From Desulfobacterales bacterium (GTDB taxonomy: Bacteria; Desulfobacterota; Desulfobacteria; Desulfobacterales; JAHEIW01), in contig JASFPE010000001.1 of NCBI GenBank assembly GCA_050116155.1, positions 1 through 45,115 on the forward strand: a stretch of DNA of 45,115 bases, in the 5' to 3' direction. Both the position numbers and the translations under genes were made by a program. Shown piece after piece: positions 25,905-34,879 of this stretch (positions are counted from its first letter, which is position 1; each line of letters opens with the position of its first letter). The notes beneath the pieces were generated by a model. It did no database searches and was not told the DNA's origin. It saw only the letters and a list, made by a program, of their open reading frames with translations.

Positions 25905-27056
25905 TTAAACGTATGCCGGACCCTCAATGACAGGATGTTTAGCTAAAAAATCCTCATCGACGTCGAGTCCGATACCCGGTTTGTCGATGGGGTGGACGCA
26001 CCCGTTGGCATCGAGGGTATATGGCTGACTGACAAGCTCATCCCGAAACAGGTTGTTTTGCGACACATCCGCCTCGAAGTAACCGCTGTTATCAATTGCC
26101 GCCAGGAAATGAATCGTGGCCGTCATATTCAGCCCGCTGATTGAGGTATGTGGATGGATAGGCAGTTTATGCACCGATGCCATCGCCGCGATACGCAACG
26201 CCTCGGTGGCTCCGCCCGTTTTAGAAAGGTCCGGTTGAAGAATTTGTATGATGCCGTCTTGGATCAGGCTCGAAAATTCAAAGCGGGTGTAACAGTTTTC
26301 CCCGGCTGCCAGTGGCAAATTTCCATAGCTGGCTGCCAGCGCATAGCTTCGGCGGTCATGAGCCGGAAACGGCTCCTCCAGCCAGCCGACACCGTAAGAT
26401 TCAAATCCCGGGATCATTTGCCGGGTATCTTCGACCGTATAACCGGTATTTGCATCCACCAGTATGGTTAAATCATCACCAAATTTTTTGCGAACCGCCG
26501 CCACACGCTCAAGATCACGATCTCTTGAATCACCAACCCGCAGTTTGACGGCCCGATACCCGGCTTCTACCAGTGCGCCAACCTCTTCTACCAGCGAGCC
26601 CGGTTCCTGGTACCCGAGGGAAACACCGCCGGCGTAAGCAGGAATGGGTCGTGATGAACCGCCGAAAAGGCGATACAGCGGCCAGCCGACGGCTTTACCG
26701 CGGATGTCCCACAGGGCCATATCGATTCCACTCATCGCCAATACAGCCGCCGTACCCATACCATGGCTGGCGAGCTGCATCCGGTAAATGCGGTTCCAAA
26801 CGCCAACGACATCAAAAGCATCCAATCCCACCACCAGCTGCCGCAGGGTCGTGTTTACGAGGTGTGCCACGGCGCCGGGACAACGACCGTGATGAGACTC
26901 GCCAAAGCCGATCAGACCATCTTCGGTTAAGACCTTGACGATAACGGCATCCCGTTTGACGGTGCGGCCGATTCCCAACGTCACCGTGGAATCCGGCGCC
27001 AGAGGAAAGGAGCTCGGATAGGCTTTTACATCTTTAATTTGAGCATGTTTTGTCAT
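25905..27056 (-). CDS. Enolase-superfamily enzyme (mandelate racemase/MLE family: racemase, epimerase or dehydratase)
   Basis: 383 aa. GFGESHH capping region. Metal ligands in LVDANTGY, WLEEPF and AAGENC. LQPDLSKTGG and PIHPH blocks. Confidence 0.8.
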   Translation of the reverse strand: MTKHAQIKDVKAYPSSFPLAPDSTVTLGIGRTVKRDAVIVKVLTEDGLIGFGESHHGRCPGAVAHLVNTTLRQLVVGLDAFDVVGVWNRIYRMQLASHGMGTAAVLAMSGIDMALWDIRGKAVGWPLYRLFGGSSRPIPAYAGGVSLGYQEPGSLVEEVGALVEAGYRAVKLRVGDSRDRDLERVAAVRKKFGDDLTILVDANTGYTVEDTRQMIPGFESYGVGWLEEPFPAHDRRSYALAASYGNLPLAAGENCYTRFEFSSLIQDGIIQILQPDLSKTGGATEALRIAAMASVHKLPIHPHTSISGLNMTATIHFLAAIDNSGYFEADVSQNNLFRDELVSQPYTLDANGCVHPIDKPGIGLDVDEDFLAKHPVIEGPAYV

Positions 27057-27117
27057 GATTCAGGTCCTTTATGATCTGTTGCGTTTTTTTTGAAATCAGT
27101 GGATTTCAATCGAGACC

Positions 27118-28044
27118 CTAGCTGCCGATTGATACGTTTATGCCCTGTTTTTCAATCATCGCTTTGATGGAATCAATACGCTTATCGCTCGGTGCCCTTC
27201 CTTCAGGAAAGGGATAGGAACGTCCTAACTGTTCACACTTGGATTTTCCCCCTTCGTGATAGGGCAGCAATGAAATCTTTTCGGCGGTAACCGCTTTTGC
27301 CAAATCGATCAATTTGGCCAAGTGCGCATCCGAATCATTAAAACCGGCAATCAGCGGCATACGTAACCAGAGGGGTTTTGTTTTTGATGCATTTGTGATG
27401 TTTTCCAAGATAATTTGATTTTCTACCCCGGTCATTCTTTTGTGTTCACGGGGGTTAAGATGTTTGATGTCACAGAGAATTAAATCAACCGCTGGTAGCA
27501 CTTTTTCCATCGTTTCCCACGGAGCATACCCCGATGTATCCAGAGCCGTATGTATTCCCAGCCGTTTGCTCTCGTCTAGCAGACGGCCGACAAATTCCCA
27601 CTGCGATAAGGCTTCTCCGCCGGAAATAGTCATTCCGCCACCTGAATTCCTGTAAAAGGCCCTGTCTTTGAGGACTTCATCCAGGACTTCATCCAGATTC
27701 ATATATTTTCCGCATACTTTTAAGGAGCTGTAAATACAGGCATCGACACACACAAGACATTGGTTGCATTTGCCCCACTCTATTTTTCGGCCTGCCTCCC
27801 TGGTAAGGGTGATGGCGCCTTGCGGACAGATCTTTTCACATGCCCCGCATCGCCGGCAATGCATGTCGCTGACCATCAAATTGGGGATAAAATCCTGAGA
27901 CTCTGGATTGGAGCACCAATAACAATTCAGCGGGCACCCTTTCATGAAGACGGTGGATCTAATTCCCGGCCCGTCATGTATACTGAAGCGCTGGATATTG
28001 AAAACCAGGCCTTTGCCATCATAATTGCTTTTGGGGAAATTCAT
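27118..28044 (-). CDS. Glycyl-radical enzyme activating enzyme (radical SAM)
   Basis: Radical-SAM CPLNCYWCSNPE (CxxxCxxC) plus two ferredoxin-like clusters (CRRCGACEKICP, CNQCLVCVDAC), typical of non-PFL GRE activases. The start is ATG 28044 or TTG 28056. Confidence 0.9.
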   Translation of the reverse strand: MNFPKSNYDGKGLVFNIQRFSIHDGPGIRSTVFMKGCPLNCYWCSNPESQDFIPNLMVSDMHCRRCGACEKICPQGAITLTREAGRKIEWGKCNQCLVCVDACIYSSLKVCGKYMNLDEVLDEVLKDRAFYRNSGGGMTISGGEALSQWEFVGRLLDESKRLGIHTALDTSGYAPWETMEKVLPAVDLILCDIKHLNPREHKRMTGVENQIILENITNASKTKPLWLRMPLIAGFNDSDAHLAKLIDLAKAVTAEKISLLPYHEGGKSKCEQLGRSYPFPEGRAPSDKRIDSIKAMIEKQGINVSIGS

Positions 28045-28131
28045 GGGAAATAGCAATCTCCATTACATCCCATCGCCGGTAGGTATTACCTCTCAAACAG
28101 ATCGATCATGAAATTTGACGGAGATCAGCGC

Positions 28132-30528
28132 CTAGGCCAAACTGTGCTCGGTCCTATCGATGATATGATCCTGGAGCCCCTTTGACAGTTCCACAAAATA
28201 GGCGCTATAGCCGGCCACTCTTACAATGAGGTCCTGATACTCATCAGGCCGCTCCCGTGCATCCTCCAGGGTTTGTTTGTCCACCACGTTAAACTGGACA
28301 TGGGGGATCTTCATTTCTCTCCAGGTTTTTAAATAATCAATGAAAACCGGTTTCATTTCCCCTTCGAGGAATTGAGGCATGAATTTCTGATTTAGGAGAT
28401 GGTTATAGGTTTGCAGGGTATCGATTTTGGCGCAGGAGTTGAGAACGGCCGTTGGGCCCTTCTTGTCCATACCCGGCTGGGGTGCCAGCGTGGAATCTGC
28501 AAAGGGCTCGCCATCCAGCCTACCGTCAGGGGTAGCCGGGGTATTTACAGCCAGACCGTAAGTGGCCGATACGGCGCTGCCGTCCCCTCGTTTTGAAAAT
28601 CCAAAGCGATCTTTTACGGTTTCCATGATCGCTTCCGTGCCATGATGCACATCGCGGGCAATCAGGTCTACATAATCATCGTCATTTCCATACTTGGGTG
28701 CGTTCAGACATGCTTGCCGGACATCGTCACGGCCTTCCCAGTTTTTGTCCATAATTTCAATGAGTTGTGGGAGGCTGACGAGCCGGTCTTCAAAGACCAC
28801 TTTCTTTATCGCGGCCAGCGAATCGGCAATATTGGTCGATCCAATCACGATGGTCATATCGTGCACCATGGAGGGGTAAATCCATTGTTTGCATTCCTTG
28901 CCGCGTTCGATGCAACCTTCTACGATGGCGGAATAAAAAGGTCTCGGACAGTATTTGGCATAAAGATCCCTGCAGGTATTCTCCATTTGAGCCATCCTGG
29001 TGGTAAAAAACCGCACCTGTTCCAGATAGGCTTCAAAGACGTCCTCCCATGACCTGAAGCCAGCGGGATCGGCCGTTTTTGCTCCCCACTGTTCCCCGGT
29101 TTTGGGATCCACACCCTGGTGCAGGGCCCACCATAAACATTTTGCTAAAACAAAATAGCCTTCCACCCGACGCGTAATATTTTTACCCGGTATCTCCATG
29201 TAAACGCATCCTGAAACCGCGTATCCGTTGGCATCCTCTTCCGGGACACCCCATTTTTTCAGGAGCGGAATCAGGGCCCCATCATTGAACAACGAGGGGT
29301 ACCCCAGCCCGGTGCGGATGACATCGGTTGCTTTCGATAACAATTCATCGGGTGTGCCGTCATGGACTCTCAAGGCGATACTCGGTTCAATGGTTCGCAT
29401 GGTTCTGGCAGCTTCAAGGGCCAGATAGGTCAGCTCGTTGGTTACATCATTTCCGACATTGTCCGTTCCCCCCAACGTAATTGCCTGTAGTGAAGCCACG
29501 CCACCATAGACCGAAGTGACCAGCGGCGAGTATACCAGTCCCAGTTCGAGAAACTTTGCCCACAGAAGCTGCAGGATTTCAAGGGCCTCATCTTTGGTTA
29601 TGCGGCCGGCTTGCAGATCTTTTTCATAGTAAGGGCCAAACAGATAGTCCAGGCGGATTCCGATTCCCAGGGTTGAATATTCTAGATATCGAACCAGATG
29701 AATGAAATAAAAGAACTGCACGGCTTCTAAAAAAGTCCGCGGGGGATTTGCCGGGACCCACTCGCAACTGTGGGCAACGTCTTCCAGCCTCTTTTTTTTC
29801 TCGGCATCCTTTTCGGCTGCGGCCATCTCCCGTGCCAGGGTCGCATAACGCCCGGCAAAGTTTATCACCGCTTTCAGGACAATGACCACCGAGCGCAGAA
29901 ATTCCTTTTGATCGACATAGTCTGAAGGTATAGTTTGCTCGATTTCTGCCAGTCTATCCTCGGCCATCTTGATTCTTCCGGTGAGCCCACTTTTAAACAA
30001 TTCCTCATAGTCTGGAATGCCCAGTTCCGATAGGTGGGTCCACAGAAATGTGCCCTCATACTTCCAGTATTTGGCAAGATCACCCTCAAATAAATCTTGA
30101 TGCCGATCGCTCATGCACTTGCCTTTCCAGTAGGTACAAAGCTCCTCCAGTTCCTCCCTGCCGTCATCATCCAAAAGGGTTTTACCGGCCTCCGAGTTTA
30201 CCAGTCTTTTTACCGATCTCCAGTTCATATCGATGGGGTGAAAGAGTCCCTCCGGACTGGAGGTCTGATATCCGACAATACGCTCCCAGTCCCTGATGAA
30301 AATACCCATATGGTCAAGGACATGTGCCAGGGCTTTGGCACGGCGTATCACCATCGGCTCTCCGTCCGTTTGCTTAAATGATTCCGTCATCAACCGCGAA
30401 CGCTGGAGATCCAATTTAATTTCGGGTCGAAACAAACCGCGCGTTTTTTCATCTTCCGCGTACCCGCGCTGCACATTACGGACAGCCTTGCTGGCAATAT
30501 TATTTTTGAGCTCTTCCATTATCGGCAT
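28132..30528 (-). CDS. Glycyl radical enzyme (PFL2 / glycerol-dehydratase-like clade), substrate unknown
   Basis: 798 aa with AGGAG 7 nt upstream. C-terminal glycine loop VRVAGYSAYF. A single-Cys loop VSGCVYMEIPGKN rather than the CC pair of pyruvate formate-lyase. Confidence 0.9.
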   Translation of the reverse strand: MPIMEELKNNIASKAVRNVQRGYAEDEKTRGLFRPEIKLDLQRSRLMTESFKQTDGEPMVIRRAKALAHVLDHMGIFIRDWERIVGYQTSSPEGLFHPIDMNWRSVKRLVNSEAGKTLLDDDGREELEELCTYWKGKCMSDRHQDLFEGDLAKYWKYEGTFLWTHLSELGIPDYEELFKSGLTGRIKMAEDRLAEIEQTIPSDYVDQKEFLRSVVIVLKAVINFAGRYATLAREMAAAEKDAEKKKRLEDVAHSCEWVPANPPRTFLEAVQFFYFIHLVRYLEYSTLGIGIRLDYLFGPYYEKDLQAGRITKDEALEILQLLWAKFLELGLVYSPLVTSVYGGVASLQAITLGGTDNVGNDVTNELTYLALEAARTMRTIEPSIALRVHDGTPDELLSKATDVIRTGLGYPSLFNDGALIPLLKKWGVPEEDANGYAVSGCVYMEIPGKNITRRVEGYFVLAKCLWWALHQGVDPKTGEQWGAKTADPAGFRSWEDVFEAYLEQVRFFTTRMAQMENTCRDLYAKYCPRPFYSAIVEGCIERGKECKQWIYPSMVHDMTIVIGSTNIADSLAAIKKVVFEDRLVSLPQLIEIMDKNWEGRDDVRQACLNAPKYGNDDDYVDLIARDVHHGTEAIMETVKDRFGFSKRGDGSAVSATYGLAVNTPATPDGRLDGEPFADSTLAPQPGMDKKGPTAVLNSCAKIDTLQTYNHLLNQKFMPQFLEGEMKPVFIDYLKTWREMKIPHVQFNVVDKQTLEDARERPDEYQDLIVRVAGYSAYFVELSKGLQDHIIDRTEHSLA

Positions 30529-30590
30529 CGTTATTCTCCTATTTTATCTTATTATGAAACTATCTATCTGCTGCGCCTTGCTTCAATGGA

Positions 30591-31550
30591 TCAGGGATCC
30601 TCAATCAGCATGTCTCTCGTAAGCTTTGAGGGATCTTCGGCACCGATCAAGCTCATGATGCGTTTCATTTCTGCTGTGATTTCGGTGATGAGATGGTGGA
30701 TGCCATCCCGGCCTTCGGCGGCAAGGCCGTAAAGGATCGGGCGGCCCAGACCGACCAGCGACGCTCCAAAAGCCAGTCCCTTGAGAACATCGCTGCCGCG
30801 TCGGAATCCACCGTCCACAATCAGGACGGTCTTTCCTCCGACAGCTTCCGTAATTTCGTCCATCACCTGCAGCGCATGGGGCAGATAATCCAGGGTGTGA
30901 GCGCCGTGGTTGGAAACAACCATGCCGTCGGCACCGGCTTCGGCGCATTTTTCTGCATCCCGGCCGCTCAAAATCCCCTTGCAGATCAACGGACAGGAGA
31001 CTTTTTTGCGGATGTCTTTGAGTTCTTGAAGTGAAAGCGGTCTGCAGTCGGTGGCCACCTGCTTGTCGTGGATTTTGGTTCCTTGTCCGGCGTCCGTTTC
31101 TATTCCGACCCAGGTGACACCGGCTTTCTGGATGTCTTCCAGGTCCCGGAACATCTTGTCTCGATCATTAAAAGGTTTGGCATTGGCGACTATCGGAACA
31201 CCGGTAGCAGCCAGCTCCTTTAAATTCTGTGGGATGGGGGTGCCCGTCCACATAAGGCTGCCGGCATCTTTAAGGGCCTGGGCCACATCCATCATGCCGT
31301 TATCGGTTATGGCCGGAATCGGCATGGTCATGGCGGACATAATCACCGGGGTTGCCAGCTCAACATCGAGGATTCTGCAACTGGTTTTGGGCGCCACGCC
31401 GTCGATATAATGGGGTCGAAATGTATACCGATCGAGGATGCGGCGGTCATGTTCTAAAATAAATCCGGTTTCAACCGCTTCCAGCACCCGTCCATACTCT
31501 TTTTCCGCGAGGATCTTTTTACCCTTCTGATATATATCCGTAAGCCCCAT
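30591..31550 (-). CDS. FMN-dependent alpha-hydroxy-acid dehydrogenase/oxidase family protein (atypical)
   Basis: TIM-barrel blocks ICKGIL, VVSNHGAHTLD and VDGGFRRGSDVLKGLAFGASLVGLGRP. I prefer ATG 31550 (GGAG 9 nt upstream) over ATG 31559, which abuts the RBS. Confidence 0.7.
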   Translation of the reverse strand: MGLTDIYQKGKKILAEKEYGRVLEAVETGFILEHDRRILDRYTFRPHYIDGVAPKTSCRILDVELATPVIMSAMTMPIPAITDNGMMDVAQALKDAGSLMWTGTPIPQNLKELAATGVPIVANAKPFNDRDKMFRDLEDIQKAGVTWVGIETDAGQGTKIHDKQVATDCRPLSLQELKDIRKKVSCPLICKGILSGRDAEKCAEAGADGMVVSNHGAHTLDYLPHALQVMDEITEAVGGKTVLIVDGGFRRGSDVLKGLAFGASLVGLGRPILYGLAAEGRDGIHHLITEITAEMKRIMSLIGAEDPSKLTRDMLIEDP

Positions 31551-31719
31551 AAGATTCATCTCCTTTCATTAAAACGGGGTCACGACTGCCCGTTCGTTTA
31601 CTGTATCTATACTTTGAATGATAAAGATTTGCAACCGTACTGGCTCTGAACCAAATATCGGGGCCGATAAACGTTAAATCTTTTTGAAGGTGTTATGGTT
31701 TTTTTCAGGTGGAGAATGA

Positions 31720-33990
31720 CTACCGCCTTTTTTTCCCGAGGACTTCCTCAAACGGATTGTGAAATGGCGTATTTTTTTTATTCTTTTTTTTCTTTTTGGC
31801 GCCGCCTGAATTTTTCCGGGCTGTCTGCTTCCGTGGCGATTTGCCTGTGCGGTCTCCGGGTTTCGCTTTCATGGATAATGAGATCCGGTTGCGGTTCAGA
31901 TCAATGTGTATTACCGTCACCGTCACTTTCTGCTGCACGGTAACCACATCGGCCGGATCTTTCACATAACTGTCGGACAGCTCGCTGATGTGCACCAGGC
32001 CGTCTTGATGAACGCCAATGTCGATAAATGCTCCGAAAGCGGTCACATTGGTAACAATACCCGGCAGCGTCATTCCCGGCGTAAGATCGGACATCTTGTT
32101 GACGCCTTCTGTGAATTCGATGGTTTTAAATTCCTGACGTGGATCGCGCCCCGGTTTGGCCAGCTCTTCCAGAATATCCGTCAGGGTGGGCATCCCGATG
32201 TTATCGCTGACATACCTGTTCAACTCAATTTTTTCCCGCAGGTGCTTGTCTTGCATTAATTTGGTGACGCTGCAGTTCAGATCCTGTGCCATGGCATCCA
32301 CGACCGGGTAACTCTCGGGATGAACGGCACTGCTGTCCAAGGGATTGGATCCGCCATGAATTCTCAAAAAGCCGGCGGATTGCTCAAAGGCTTTGGGGCC
32401 AAGTCGGGGCACCGCCTTTAATTCTTCTCTTGATGTGAACGGTCCGTTTTCGTTGCGGTACAGCAAAATATTTTCGGCCAGCAGGGGTCCAAGTCCCGAG
32501 ACATAAGCCAGCAGCTCTACGCTGGCACGGTTCAGATCAACGCCAACGGCATTCACACAACTGATCACGACATCATCCAGTGCCTGTTTCAAGTCTTTCT
32601 GATCGACATCGTGCTGGTATTGTCCCACCCCGATTGATTTCGGATCGATCTTGACCAGCTCGGCCAGAGGATCCATCAGACGCCTTGCGATGGAAACGGC
32701 CCCGCGGACGGTAAGATCCAGGTCGGGGAATTCACGGCGGGCCGCCCGGGAAGCGGAATATACCGATGCACCGCTTTCATTTACGAGAATAACAGGAACG
32801 TTCGTTAAAGTATCAAGTTTGCGGATGAATACCTCGGTTTCCCTGCCTGCCGTCCCGTTTCCGACAGCCACCGCTTCGATTTCGTAGCGTTCATGCAGCC
32901 TGGCGATGGTTTTTGCAGCCTGGCGATCCCGCACTTCATCCATGTGCGGATAAATGGTGTCATGGTGCAGCAGCTTTCCCTGACGGTCCAGACAGGCGAC
33001 TTTGCAGCCGGTTCGGAAACCAGGATCGATGCCCATGATACGTTTGGGCCCCAACGGCGGCGCTAAAAGTAGCTGGCGTAAGTTTCGTGCAAACACTTTA
33101 ATTGCATGTTTCTCCGCACGCCGCCTGGTGGCGAGTCGAATCTCCGTTTCCATCGAACGTGACAGCAGACGTTTATAACTGTCCCGGACGGCCAGTTTAA
33201 CCTGGTCCGAATCGCCGGCATCACCCTTGACAAAAAGTGCTTCGAGCAGCGCGAGCGCATCATCTTCGGGCGGTGCAATGGTTAAATTAAGCGTCTCCTC
33301 CTTTTCCCCGCGGCGCATGGCCAGTATGCGGTGGGAAGGTGCTGTGGTGACGGCTTCCTGCCAGTCGAAGTAGTCACTATATTTTGCGCCTTCGGTTTCC
33401 TTTCCGGAAGCGACCCGGGATTGGATGACGCCTTTTTGAAAATACAGTTTGCGCATTTTCTCACGCGACGCGGGGTCCTCGTTAATGATTTCCGCCACGA
33501 TGTGCCGGGCACCTTCCAGGGCATCCTCGGAAGATGTCACTTCCTTTTTCGGATCTATAAACGCGGCGGCAAGTCGGACCGGATCTTGGCCGGACTGTTC
33601 CATGATGCTCAGCGCCAGGGGTTCCAGGCCTTTTTCGCGGGCAATCATGGCTTTTGTCCTGCGTTTCGGACGAAAGGGCAGATAGATGTCCTCCAGCAAT
33701 GCCAGGTTTGGTGCCGATATCACGTTTTCCTTCAATTCATCGGTAAGATGACCGTGGGTTTCAAGGGATTTGAGTATCGCGGCCTTACGTGCATCGAGCT
33801 CTGCGAGCTGATTCAAGCGGTCTCGAATTGCGGTGATGGCAACCTCATCCAGATTGCCCGTAGCCTCCTTTCGATAGCGGGCGATAAAAGGGATAGAGGC
33901 TTCCTGTTTGAAAAGGTCAACCGTGGCCTGTACGCCAGCCGGCTTGAGTGTGAGTTCATCCGCGATGGCCGCAATATGGTCTTGATTCAT
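31720..33990 (-). CDS. tex: Tex-like transcription accessory protein (YqgF/HhH/S1 domains)
   Basis: 756 aa. Canonical N-terminus (IAAIADELTLKPAGVQATVDLFKQEASIPFIARYRKE), a C-terminal S1 domain (GMTLPGIVTNVTAFGAFIDIGVHQDGLVHISEL) and a Lys-rich tail. Confidence 0.92.
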   Translation of the reverse strand: MNQDHIAAIADELTLKPAGVQATVDLFKQEASIPFIARYRKEATGNLDEVAITAIRDRLNQLAELDARKAAILKSLETHGHLTDELKENVISAPNLALLEDIYLPFRPKRRTKAMIAREKGLEPLALSIMEQSGQDPVRLAAAFIDPKKEVTSSEDALEGARHIVAEIINEDPASREKMRKLYFQKGVIQSRVASGKETEGAKYSDYFDWQEAVTTAPSHRILAMRRGEKEETLNLTIAPPEDDALALLEALFVKGDAGDSDQVKLAVRDSYKRLLSRSMETEIRLATRRRAEKHAIKVFARNLRQLLLAPPLGPKRIMGIDPGFRTGCKVACLDRQGKLLHHDTIYPHMDEVRDRQAAKTIARLHERYEIEAVAVGNGTAGRETEVFIRKLDTLTNVPVILVNESGASVYSASRAARREFPDLDLTVRGAVSIARRLMDPLAELVKIDPKSIGVGQYQHDVDQKDLKQALDDVVISCVNAVGVDLNRASVELLAYVSGLGPLLAENILLYRNENGPFTSREELKAVPRLGPKAFEQSAGFLRIHGGSNPLDSSAVHPESYPVVDAMAQDLNCSVTKLMQDKHLREKIELNRYVSDNIGMPTLTDILEELAKPGRDPRQEFKTIEFTEGVNKMSDLTPGMTLPGIVTNVTAFGAFIDIGVHQDGLVHISELSDSYVKDPADVVTVQQKVTVTVIHIDLNRNRISLSMKAKPGDRTGKSPRKQTARKNSGGAKKKKKNKKNTPFHNPFEEVLGKKRR

Positions 33991-34031
33991 GATTTCCTTT
34001 CTCTCGAACCGATAAATTGGAATATGATAAT

Positions 34032-34877
34032 CTAAGCCCCGCGCGTTGCCGGTGACGTTGCCAGATACTGCTGGGCCATTAAAGTAAGGTAAGGGGGTGC
34101 AAAAGCGGTTGCATATACAATCAGCAAGGTCGATTCATTGCTATTCAAAGCAAGCCATGTGAATAAACACAGGGCGCCCAGAAGACGCAGCAAAAGCGTT
34201 TTCTTCATTATCCGTGTTCCTGTTCGATTTTTTAAAATAACGGATACCAACAAAAGCGACAGGGCCCATGCAGATCCGGCCGCCAGCATTGGATCGATGG
34301 AGGTTTTTATCCATCGAAGCGCACCCCACCACGTGATCAGGAGCAACATGTGAGTTCCTATGACGGGAACTATGAGAATCAGCAGGCTAACCCATTTGGC
34401 ACCATTTCTGCGTTTCCTCTGTTCAAAGAATAAAACACACAGGAAGGCAAAATAGGCCCAGCCGAGAATCCCGATGGGGGGAACATCAAATAATCCGGGC
34501 TGCTTCCATGACCACAGGCCGGTCTGCACGCCCACCGGTTCGATAAGCGAGGCATCGGTCAAAACGATAGCTGCAGCGGTCAGTGGCACGAGCCTGCGGC
34601 CGGGCTGCAAGATTTGAGACGCCAGGTTCCATGCAGAGTGTACAATAATAGGCCAGATGACAATGACCAGCAAAGGGAGGTGGGCCAGGAATAGACGCCA
34701 GTTCAGACTATAATCATAGAAATCGTACAGGAGGATACAGCTTTCTTCGGCAATCCAACTTGCAGCACAAACGAGGATGATCCTGCTGATAAAATGCCTT
34801 TCTTTAGGCTGTCCGGAAGTGTGGGCAACAATATAGATAGCAACGGTTGCAAACGCAGCCAGTTCCGAAAGCAGCAT
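34032..34877 (-). CDS. Polytopic membrane protein, DUF422 / CruF-like ('carotenoid biosynthesis protein' family)
   Basis: About 281 aa from ATG 34877, which lies 2 nt after the UbiA stop and has AGGA/GGGAG upstream. The block IAEESCILLYDFYDYSLNWRLFLAHLPLLVIVIWP resembles the family core. The assignment is from memory. Confidence 0.5.
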   Translation of the reverse strand: MLLSELAAFATVAIYIVAHTSGQPKERHFISRIILVCAASWIAEESCILLYDFYDYSLNWRLFLAHLPLLVIVIWPIIVHSAWNLASQILQPGRRLVPLTAAAIVLTDASLIEPVGVQTGLWSWKQPGLFDVPPIGILGWAYFAFLCVLFFEQRKRRNGAKWVSLLILIVPVIGTHMLLLITWWGALRWIKTSIDPMLAAGSAWALSLLLVSVILKNRTGTRIMKKTLLLRLLGALCLFTWLALNSNESTLLIVYATAFAPPYLTLMAQQYLATSPATRGA

Positions 34878-34879
34878 GC

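Noticed and set aside
28132-30528. Calling the GRE a trans-4-hydroxyproline dehydratase (HypD), which would tie it to a proline/hydroxyproline-betaine pathway with the methyltransferases
   Set aside because: The Cys+2 Glu that is conserved in HypD and the other eliminases is Tyr here. No P5C reductase is adjacent, and the two clusters are separated by about 10 kb of unrelated genes.
33331-34035. 234-aa plus-strand ORF
   Set aside because: It is antisense to tex. Its composition is low-complexity and Arg/Gly-rich, and no start context supports it.
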